From Candidatus Omnitrophota bacterium (lineage in GTDB: Bacteria > Omnitrophota > Gorgyraeia > Gygaellales > JAQTUX01): a stretch of DNA of 64,000 bases. The translations under genes and the position numbers were made by a program. The notes under the pieces were generated by a model, which was not told the origin of the DNA, did no database searches, and saw only the letters and a program-made list of their open reading frames with translations. Shown here piece after piece: positions 57,369 to 64,000 of the stretch. The DNA lies in contig JAQTUX010000002.1 of NCBI GenBank assembly GCA_028707125.1, positions 208,355-272,354 of the forward strand. Reading direction: 5' to 3'. How positions within the stretch are numbered: position 1 is the first letter of the stretch; each line of letters starts with the position of its first letter.

Positions 57369-58421
57369 TTAATCCGCTCTTAAGAGTTTCTTGGCCTCAA
57401 GGACGACCCTGTCTGTATCGGGATAATAGGCCTTTTCCAGGGCGGGGCTGCAGGGGGTCGGAGTATCCGGCAGCGTAAGGCGCCGGACAGGGGACTTTAA
57501 ATATTTAAATGCCGACTCCATCAAGAAGGAAGATATCTCGGAGCTTATGCCGCCGAACTTATAACCGAAATCCAGCACCAGCGCCCTTCCCGTCTTCTTA
57601 ACGGAGGCGAGGATCAGATCATGATCCAACGGCCTTACTGTGCGCAGGTCCAGCACTTCTATGTCTATGCCGTCTTTTCCCAACCTCATAGCCGCTTCCT
57701 GAGCCAGCGTTACCATGAACGAATCGGCGATGACGGTCAGGTCCCTGCCCTCTCTCCTTAACACAGCTTTACCCAGAGGCACAAAATAAGCCTCCTTAGG
57801 CACCGCCTCCTTATGGTCGTAAAGCCAGCGGTGCTCGATAAATATCACGGGCGAATCACCGGCTATGCTGGATAAAAGCAGTCCCTTGGCGTCATAGGCG
57901 CAGGAAGGCATAACAACCTTTAAGCCGGGGACATGGGTAAATAACGCCTGGATCGGCTGAGAGTGCTGGGCTGCCGAGCCCCAGCCGCCCCCTATTATCG
58001 CCCTTACAACCATGGGTACGCTGACCTTTCCCCCAAACATATATTTCCATTTTGCCGCGTGGTTAATAAGCTGATCCATGGTCAGGAGCATAAAATCGGT
58101 GCGCATGTGGACCAGGACCGGCCTTAAACCGCCCAGTGAAGAACCGATAGCGATCCCCGTCAAGGTATTTTCGCATAGAGGCGTGTCAAAAACCCGTTCC
58201 CTCCCAAACTCTTTATGAAGATCGAGAGTTGTGCCGAATACGCCTCCGGCATCATCCACCCCTTCCCCAAAAATGAAGGCGCGCTTATCCTCTTTTAACG
58301 CCAGATATAATGCCTCACGTATCGCCTCTCTATAGGTGGCCATTCTCCCTTTTGACCGGCCGCTATCGTCATTCAAGGTCTTTATGGTGGACAGGTCTAT
58401 CGGCGCCTTATCCCACGACAT
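57369..58421 (-). CDS. thiamine-diphosphate-dependent 2-oxoacid dehydrogenase E1 component beta subunit (transketolase C-terminal-like)
   Basis: E1-beta signatures (FGEGV...GG.FG.T..L...FG..RVFDTP..E). 350 aa. Confidence 0.85.
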   Translation of the reverse strand: MSWDKAPIDLSTIKTLNDDSGRSKGRMATYREAIREALYLALKEDKRAFIFGEGVDDAGGVFGTTLDLHKEFGRERVFDTPLCENTLTGIAIGSSLGGLRPVLVHMRTDFMLLTMDQLINHAAKWKYMFGGKVSVPMVVRAIIGGGWGSAAQHSQPIQALFTHVPGLKVVMPSCAYDAKGLLLSSIAGDSPVIFIEHRWLYDHKEAVPKEAYFVPLGKAVLRREGRDLTVIADSFMVTLAQEAAMRLGKDGIDIEVLDLRTVRPLDHDLILASVKKTGRALVLDFGYKFGGISSEISSFLMESAFKYLKSPVRRLTLPDTPTPCSPALEKAYYPDTDRVVLEAKKLLRAD

Positions 58422-58423
58422 GC

Positions 58424-59443
58424 TTAGTATACCCCCTTATATAATTCCTTTTCTTCGGGATACGGACTGCCCAGGGCGAAATCAAGCGCCTCGGAGATCT
58501 CTTTATCCGCCTTCTTTTCCAGCCCTGCCAGTTCCTTCTCTTTAACCAGGCCGTTTTTCAAAACATGCTGCCGGAATTTCTTCAAAGGGCATTTCTTAAA
58601 CCACTCCTCAACTTCCTCCGCGTCCCTTAGCCCTTTTTCAATATCCGTTTCCGGCCCCACGTGCGTCTTCCATCTGTAAGTCCGCGCCTCGATCAAAGAA
58701 GGCCCCCGGCCGTCCCTGGCCCTGCCGATACACTCCTTCGCTGTTTTATAAACCTCCAGGACATCGTTGCCGTCTATGCATTTACCGGGTACGTGAAAGA
58801 AATCGGCTATTTTATAAATGTCTATATTTGCCTGCCGGTCTCTCTGAGGAGAATTCGTGGCGTAAGAATTATTTTCACATACAAAAACCACCGGCAGTTT
58901 CTTTAACGCGGAAAAATTCAGCGTCTCATAAAATACGCCTTCGTCCACCGCGCCGTCCCCGAAAAATACCGTGGTGACCCTTTTGTCTTTTTTCATCTTT
59001 GAAGACAACGCCGCGCCCGCGGCTATGGGTATGCCTCCCGCCACTATAGCGGAGGTGCCCATTATCCCATGCTCCGTTGACACCATATGCATGGAGCCGC
59101 CCTTGCCCTCAGAACAACCGGCGCTTCTTCCGTAAAGCTCCGCGAACATGGAATCAAGCTGCATACCCTTGGCAATTAAATGGCCGTGATTGCGATGATT
59201 GCTGAAAATATAATCATCCTTCCTCAGGTTGGCGCAGAAGCCCACCGCGATAGCCTCCTGCCCGATGCACAGATGGACCGGGCAGCGGATCTCCTGCCCG
59301 GGATAAAGCTCGATCACCTTCTCTTCAAACCGCCTTATCTTTACCAGGTAATAATATAGATTTTTAAGGACGGCGGGGCCGACCAGCGGATTCTTCATCT
59401 CTATATGAAATTTACGTGCTCCGGAGGGTTTTTCAGGTCCCAA
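58424..59443 (-). CDS. thiamine-diphosphate-dependent 2-oxoacid dehydrogenase E1 component alpha subunit
   Basis: TPP-binding GDG(X)n N motif (FFGDGAVDEG...ENN). 339 aa. Confidence 0.85.
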   Translation of the reverse strand: MGPEKPSGARKFHIEMKNPLVGPAVLKNLYYYLVKIRRFEEKVIELYPGQEIRCPVHLCIGQEAIAVGFCANLRKDDYIFSNHRNHGHLIAKGMQLDSMFAELYGRSAGCSEGKGGSMHMVSTEHGIMGTSAIVAGGIPIAAGAALSSKMKKDKRVTTVFFGDGAVDEGVFYETLNFSALKKLPVVFVCENNSYATNSPQRDRQANIDIYKIADFFHVPGKCIDGNDVLEVYKTAKECIGRARDGRGPSLIEARTYRWKTHVGPETDIEKGLRDAEEVEEWFKKCPLKKFRQHVLKNGLVKEKELAGLEKKADKEISEALDFALGSPYPEEKELYKGVY

Positions 59444-60465
59444 AGGTACCTGTTTATCTCATCCAGGCGGCAGACCTCGCGGCAATCCTCAATACGCCAC
59501 TTTTTATCCATCATTTCCTTTACCTTTTTTCTCTTTTCGCCCTTCCAGATATCCTCAAAGCCTTCTTTGTAAATATTGCCGTAGCGAAAACGCTCGTCGC
59601 CTAAAAAGGCGCTGCAGGCATAAAGGTCGCCTTTTGAAGAAAGGTAGGCCCAGAACGGAAGCCCGTAGCACTTACGATATGTCTTCTCCTGGTCGATCTT
59701 AAGCATGGTCCTTTTCCTGAATATAACCCTGAAATCATCATCAACGTATTTCTTAAGTTCGTTTTCCAGGAATAAGAGCTTTCCATAATCCAGGTCTGTC
59801 TTAAGGCGGTTGATGCTCGAGGGATGCTGGGAATAAGGTTTTATTGTCAAATAATCCGCCCCTATTTCTTTCAGGATGCCGGCCAGCGTTGTGACTTCAT
59901 CATAGTTCTCATTCAAAAGAAGGAATTGGACCCCCAGCGTGCACCTGTGCCCCCTGGATTCTTTCTCTCCGGCCGCCTCTTTGATGTTATCAATGACCCT
60001 GTCAAAATCCTCCGGTTTTGTCCCGTGAATAGCGGCGTATGTCTTCCTTGTCCCCGCGTTAAGGCTTATCCTGAACCAGCTGAGGTGAGGAAGTATCTTC
60101 AGCGCGATATCTTTAGACAACAAAACGCCGTTAGAGGTGATCGATATATCCAGGCCGCCGGCCTTCGCGTGCGCTATTAATTCCGCGATATCCTTATGCA
60201 GCAACGGCTCTCCCTCGCCGGCAAACATTATACTCTTAACCCCTCTCCTGGATATATCCGTTAAGAACTTCTTAAGCGCGGATGTCTCTAAAAAGACGGG
60301 CTTATATCCCAGATAATCAAGGGCGCAGAACATACAACGGTGGTTGCAGCTTCCGCAGGGCGCTATTTCAACGTAAATAGGATAAATATCCCTGCCGTTA
60401 AGCCAGTCCGCCACCCTTTCAGGATGGAAGGCAAGCTTATGGCTGTCTATGCGGTATGTGTCCAT
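59401..60465 (-). CDS. radical SAM/SPASM-domain protein (paralog 3 of 3)
   Basis: CNHRCMFC cluster motif, AGEGEP SAM motif, and a C-terminal C...GNI...FEDIW...C..VC region. Ends in YLWDLKNPPEHVNFI, almost identical to paralog 2. Confidence 0.75.
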   Translation of the reverse strand: MDTYRIDSHKLAFHPERVADWLNGRDIYPIYVEIAPCGSCNHRCMFCALDYLGYKPVFLETSALKKFLTDISRRGVKSIMFAGEGEPLLHKDIAELIAHAKAGGLDISITSNGVLLSKDIALKILPHLSWFRISLNAGTRKTYAAIHGTKPEDFDRVIDNIKEAAGEKESRGHRCTLGVQFLLLNENYDEVTTLAGILKEIGADYLTIKPYSQHPSSINRLKTDLDYGKLLFLENELKKYVDDDFRVIFRKRTMLKIDQEKTYRKCYGLPFWAYLSSKGDLYACSAFLGDERFRYGNIYKEGFEDIWKGEKRKKVKEMMDKKWRIEDCREVCRLDEINRYLWDLKNPPEHVNFI

Positions 60466-61015
60466 GATCTTGTATATTATCGGCTATAAGATGGCAGATC
60501 GCCAGATGGCTGATCTCTACGAATCCGTAAGAGCGTGAGGGGACATAGAAATTTATCTCCCCCATCTTCCTCAATGGATTATTTTTATCAAAACCTGAGA
60601 GCGTGGCTATAAAACAACCGCGCTTTTTTGCCTCTGCCGTGGCGTTCAGTATATTTTTGGACCTGCCTGAACTGCTTATAGAGAACAGGATATCGCCTCT
60701 TTTGGCAAGCATCTTAACGGGCACCTGAAAGACATGCTCATATCCCAGATCATTGCTAAGACAGGTGATAAGCGAGGTATCGTTAAAGGCCACCGCGGGT
60801 ACGCGGCAGTTCTTAAGAAAATCCGTGGATATGTGGCTTGCAATAGAGGCGCTGCCTCCGTTGCCTATCAGGATGACATTGTTGCCCTTTTTGCCCTGCT
60901 TGATGATTACGCCGACTATCTTATCTACGGCCCTGATAAAAGGAAGCGCCTTTCCCTTTCTATCTTTTACCTCTGTCTTACCAAGAGTTTCATTTAGGTC
61001 TTCAAAGTATCTCAT
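60437..61015 (-). CDS. SIS-domain sugar-phosphate isomerase (GmhA-like D-sedoheptulose-7-phosphate isomerase)
   Basis: 192 aa with ILIGNGGSASIASH...SSSG. Its size and motifs match phosphoheptose isomerase. Confidence 0.7.
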   Translation of the reverse strand: MRYFEDLNETLGKTEVKDRKGKALPFIRAVDKIVGVIIKQGKKGNNVILIGNGGSASIASHISTDFLKNCRVPAVAFNDTSLITCLSNDLGYEHVFQVPVKMLAKRGDILFSISSSGRSKNILNATAEAKKRGCFIATLSGFDKNNPLRKMGEINFYVPSRSYGFVEISHLAICHLIADNIQDHGHIPHRQP

Positions 61016-61028
61016 AGTTTTCCTCTAC

Positions 61029-61044
61029 ACACGTAAGTGCGGGG
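61029..61044 (-). repeat. intercistronic motif ACACGTAAGTGCGGGG (copy 2 of the 10216-10235 hairpin motif)
   Basis: Lies between the kinase/transferase stop and the SIS gene RBS. Same core and same position relative to RBS and ATG as copy 1. Confidence 0.45.
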
Positions 61045-61046
61045 TC

Positions 61047-62666
61047 TCATTTCAATAATGTGGTTATATACTTGAACAACGGCGCCGGCTCAACCGAGGC
61101 CTTATTACCCACGATCATCACCTTCATCGCTCCGACGGCGTTGCCTATAAAGCCGACGGCCTCTATCGGCATATTATTAAAGACGCAGGGCGCGGTTATG
61201 GAAAAATAGGCGTCGCCCGCGCCGATCCTGTCCACTACTTCCTTGGAAAATACGGGGATCTCCGTAAAGCCGTCTTTCTTAGAATAAGCCAGAGAACCCT
61301 TGTGTCCCCTGGTAATGATTATCTTGCCGCAGCTTAGCCGCCTGCTCATATCTATAATGATCTTTTCCAGGTTGGAAAACCTGTCCTGGAAAGCCAGGCG
61401 TATCTCCGGCTCGTCTATGCACACATAGTCGGCCCTGGGAAATTTCGTGATCAGGTTAAACCCTATGTTGGAGCTGTTGGTCTGGACATTGACCGCGAGA
61501 AACTTTGCCTTCCTGGAAAGAACATCAACTATAGCCGGAGTGATCAGCCCGTGGCCGAAATCCGTGGCTATTACCATATCAAATTTCCTAAGATTGGCAT
61601 TAAGGTAGCCGACTATTTTCTTCTCAATATCTTTGGAAAGGCGCGGGGTTCCGTCAAGATAGCATATCTCAAACAACTTAGTCAAAAAATTCGGGTCAAC
61701 AAACCTGCGTTTGACTATCGTATGCGCGTCCCGGCAATTATAAATGTTCGGCTTGATGTTTGGTTTTAAATGCCCGGCAATAAAATCCCGGTAATCATTC
61801 TTCGTTCCCGCGCAGCTGAGAAGCGAGGCCTGCCTGCAGAACCCCGCCAGATGATTGGATGCCGCCAGTACCCCTCCGGCAAAGATATCTTCGTTTAGAA
61901 ACCTGGCCGCGATTATGTTGTCCTTCTGCGTCTTTGCCATGCCGATGCAATAATGGTATTCATCTATGATAATATCGCCTATGACCAGGACCTTTACCTT
62001 TTCTACATCCTTAAGCGCCTTTATCAAGCCCTGCGCGCTATAGCGCTTTTTGAACCTGGAAAAGAACTCCTTTGACTCCTCCGGATGGGGGGCAAGATAG
62101 GCGTTTATAAGCGACGATGAGCTGAATGTTATCTCGTCGGTAAAATGGATAACGCCGCCTACGGCCTTGACCGCCTCCTCTTCCTCAAGGATCTTTCCCG
62201 TTACGTCATCCTGCCTCATGGCGTAGTCACTGCCCTTAACGTAAAAGCGCGGCTTTAATCTTTTTATGGTTTCTACCGCTGTAGGCCATTCATTGACAGC
62301 CACAAAATCAACGCACTCTATCGCGGCGATGCTCTCCGCGCGCAGGTTCTGATTAAATACCGGCCTGCCCGGGCCCCGGTTCACATACTCGTCCTTAGTC
62401 AGGGTAACCACCAATATATCGCCCTTTTTACTGGCGGCCTCAAAATGCTTTATGTGCCCTGGGTGCAGCAGGTCAAACACACCGTGGCAATGCACTACCT
62501 TCCTGCCCTTTTTCCTCAATGACGCCAGGATCGCGGCAAGCTCATCTATCGTCTTGATTTTATTGTGCGCGTCTCTTAACATATTCTTCACCTGGAAAGG
62601 TATCTGAACCAGTCCTTCGTGGCCTCCTCGATCTTCTCCGGAGTCCACACAGGCGCCTGCTTCCAA
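61047..62666 (-). CDS. bifunctional sugar kinase/nucleotidyltransferase (HldE/RfaE-like with reversed domain order: N-terminal cytidylyltransferase-like, C-terminal PfkB kinase)
   Basis: N-terminal domain with CHGVFDLLHPGHIKH (HxGH nucleotidyltransferase motif). C-terminal PfkB domain with GAGDAYF and GDIIIDEY. Confidence 0.75.
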   Translation of the reverse strand: MEAGACVDSGEDRGGHEGLVQIPFQVKNMLRDAHNKIKTIDELAAILASLRKKGRKVVHCHGVFDLLHPGHIKHFEAASKKGDILVVTLTKDEYVNRGPGRPVFNQNLRAESIAAIECVDFVAVNEWPTAVETIKRLKPRFYVKGSDYAMRQDDVTGKILEEEEAVKAVGGVIHFTDEITFSSSSLINAYLAPHPEESKEFFSRFKKRYSAQGLIKALKDVEKVKVLVIGDIIIDEYHYCIGMAKTQKDNIIAARFLNEDIFAGGVLAASNHLAGFCRQASLLSCAGTKNDYRDFIAGHLKPNIKPNIYNCRDAHTIVKRRFVDPNFLTKLFEICYLDGTPRLSKDIEKKIVGYLNANLRKFDMVIATDFGHGLITPAIVDVLSRKAKFLAVNVQTNSSNIGFNLITKFPRADYVCIDEPEIRLAFQDRFSNLEKIIIDMSRRLSCGKIIITRGHKGSLAYSKKDGFTEIPVFSKEVVDRIGAGDAYFSITAPCVFNNMPIEAVGFIGNAVGAMKVMIVGNKASVEPAPLFKYITTLLK

Positions 62667-63580
62667 TAGTCGATCTTATTCAACATCATCTTTACCCCCT
62701 CTTCAAAGGAAACAGAGGCCTGCCATCTTAACATTTTCTTGATCTTTAGAATATCCGCGTGCGTGCGGTCCGGCTCGCCCGGGCGCTTTGGGACATAAAC
62801 CGCTTCCCCTCCCATAAGTTTTACCAGATGGTTAACGCTCTGCGGGCTGCCTGAGCCGACATTAAAGATTTCTCCTTCTATGCCGGACGAAGCCGCCTTT
62901 ACGAAGGCATCAGCCACATCTGTGACAAAAATAAAATCCCTGGCCTGACTGCCGTCACCTACTATCGTAAAGGGCTTACCTGCCAGTTTCTGCGCCAGAA
63001 ATACCCCAAAGACAGCGCCGTAGGCGCCGGATGTCCTTGAGCGCGGCCCGTAAACATTAAACAGCCGAAGCGATACCGCGGGCAGCTTATAAAGCTTAAC
63101 CCAATGCGACAGGTACTGTTCGCCGATATATTTTGTAAGGGCGTAAGGGTACATCGGCCTTATCGCCGCTGTCTCGGAAGTGGGAAATTTATCGGGTATG
63201 CCGTAACAGGAAGAAGAGGCGGCGTAGACAAAGCGCCTGGCGCCGTTCAGGCGCGCCGCTTCTAAAACATTGACTGTGCCGTCCACGTTGGCCCTATGGT
63301 ATTTAAGCGGCTCCTGGACCGAGGGCACTATATCGGCTAATGCCGCCAGATGGAATACCCAGTCAACCCCCTCAAAGAACGGCTTGATCTCAGAGAAATC
63401 AGACACGTCTGCCCGCTGAAAAAGCAGATTCTTGTTGCCTTTAAGGTGGTTGAGGTTCTCTATCCTGCCGTTGGATAAATTATCCAGGACAACCACTTGA
63501 TGGCCGTCTGCCAACAGGCGCTCTGCCAGATGGCTGCCGATAAAACCCGCCCCTCCCGTAACCAAAGCACGCGCTTTCAT
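62588..63580 (-). CDS. NAD-dependent epimerase/dehydratase (extended SDR; UDP-sugar 4-epimerase or decarboxylase-like)
   Basis: TGGAGFIGSHL Rossmann motif and YxxxK (YALTK). 330 aa. Confidence 0.8.
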   Translation of the reverse strand: MKARALVTGGAGFIGSHLAERLLADGHQVVVLDNLSNGRIENLNHLKGNKNLLFQRADVSDFSEIKPFFEGVDWVFHLAALADIVPSVQEPLKYHRANVDGTVNVLEAARLNGARRFVYAASSSCYGIPDKFPTSETAAIRPMYPYALTKYIGEQYLSHWVKLYKLPAVSLRLFNVYGPRSRTSGAYGAVFGVFLAQKLAGKPFTIVGDGSQARDFIFVTDVADAFVKAASSGIEGEIFNVGSGSPQSVNHLVKLMGGEAVYVPKRPGEPDRTHADILKIKKMLRWQASVSFEEGVKMMLNKIDYWKQAPVWTPEKIEEATKDWFRYLSR

Positions 63581-63676
63581 AAGGATATTATTTTATATCA
63601 ATATGCCAATAATGTCAATAAAATAGGGACAACGAATTCTGCGCGCCATCCCTGTTTAGCAGAAGCTTAACTTCTT

Positions 63677-63988
63677 TTATTTTAAGCGGTTATAGAGATT
63701 GACCAGATAAACGCCTATACCGAAAGCGCTGCCCAGGGCGGCCAGCCCCACGTCGCGGACCTCCCCTACTCTGTAGGGCAGAAAGTACTGAAACGTTTCA
63801 TCTATAGATGAAACCAACAGGCAGAAAAAAAATGAGAATACAACAGAGGCAAGAACACGCTTGTTTCCTATTGTATCCCTTAAGGCAAGCCATCCTAAAA
63901 CGCCGTATTTCATAATATGCAGGCGCTCTTCAATTATATGCATCTGTGAAATGTAGATAAGCGCCGATAAAAGAATCGGAAGCAACAA
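63677..63988 (-). CDS. VanZ-like family membrane protein
   Basis: DETFQYFLPYRVGEVRDV pattern. Small 3-4 TM protein. Second VanZ-like gene in the window. Confidence 0.45.
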   Translation of the reverse strand: MLLPILLSALIYISQMHIIEERLHIMKYGVLGWLALRDTIGNKRVLASVVFSFFFCLLVSSIDETFQYFLPYRVGEVRDVGLAALGSAFGIGVYLVNLYNRLK

Positions 63989-64000
63989 TAACCTCGGGCC

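Noticed and set aside
55495-60465. Viperin-like (ddhNTP synthase) identity for the radical SAM proteins
   Set aside because: The CNxxC cluster context is superficially viperin-like. However, the proteins have a SPASM-like C-terminal Cys-rich domain (PC...GNI...EIW...C..C) and sit in a sugar-biosynthesis context rather than next to a nucleotide kinase. They are not called as defence viperins.
1-64000. Search for CRISPR arrays, rRNA and tRNA genes
   Set aside because: I saw no regularly spaced direct repeats and no rRNA-like conserved blocks. Intergenic regions longer than 100 nt (21378-21780, 24761-25108, 25700-25881, 27180-27317, 31850-31938, 33525-33785, 34884-35013, 63581-63676) show no tRNA cloverleaf. 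The check was done by eye and is not exhaustive.

Overview
This is a 64 kb bacterial chromosomal window of moderate GC. Genes lie overwhelmingly on the minus strand and ribosome-binding sites are GGAGG-type. I read four parts in it.

1. Housekeeping backbone (1-19.3 kb). This holds a partial LptD/OstA outer-membrane protein, a ROK glucokinase, two GGDEF diguanylate cyclases, an orphan MalK-type ABC ATPase, accD, and a DUF1015-radical SAM-VanZ operon. The complete heat-shock operon hrcA-grpE-dnaK-dnaJ follows, with a near-consensus CIRCE operator and a sigma70-like promoter. After it come hpf, hflX, miaA, a TPR-SPOR protein and miaB.

2. An AT-rich integrated island (about 19.3-35 kb) begins where a large serine recombinase ORF overlaps the 5' end of miaB.
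- Mobility and replication: the large serine recombinase, a toprim-like protein, a P-loop primase/helicase-like protein, a MerR regulator and a small resolvase.
- Regulators and likely operators: a LexA-like repressor with a perfect 16-bp palindrome, and an XRE-type helix-turn-helix (HTH) protein next to a 15-bp palindrome.
- Restriction-modification: a complete Type II set of C5-cytosine methyltransferase (with N-terminal HTH), a convergent endonuclease candidate and Vsr.
- Possible defence genes: a GIY-YIG protein, a stand-alone SIR2-like protein, and an uncharacterised 365-aa protein.

3. Backbone again (35.8-53.5 kb). This carries a K+/H+ antiporter, ApbE, a MacA-MacB-TolC efflux system, an MFS transporter, maf, nrnA, metal-ion transporters, a DUF1846 protein, and DoxX. 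It ends with NDH-2-like, MenA-like prenyltransferase, polyprenyl synthase and ispH genes.

4. A candidate novel sugar-modification cluster (53.6-64 kb), the most unusual part of the window. Its genes encode:
- a ferredoxin and two tandem paralogous membrane proteins;
- a xylose-isomerase-like TIM-barrel enzyme;
- two paralogous radical SAM/SPASM enzymes, with a third paralog at 8.5 kb;
- a GT2 polyprenyl-phosphate-sugar synthase-like transferase;
- an E1 alpha/beta thiamine-diphosphate pair with no E2/E3 partners;
- a GmhA-like SIS isomerase;
- an HldE-like bifunctional enzyme whose domains are in swapped order (nucleotidyltransferase N-terminal, PfkB kinase C-terminal);
- an SDR epimerase/dehydratase and a VanZ-like protein.

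No rRNA, tRNA, CRISPR array or transposase was recognised. All feature coordinates away from the supplied ORF track were hand-indexed and may be off by 1-2 nt.
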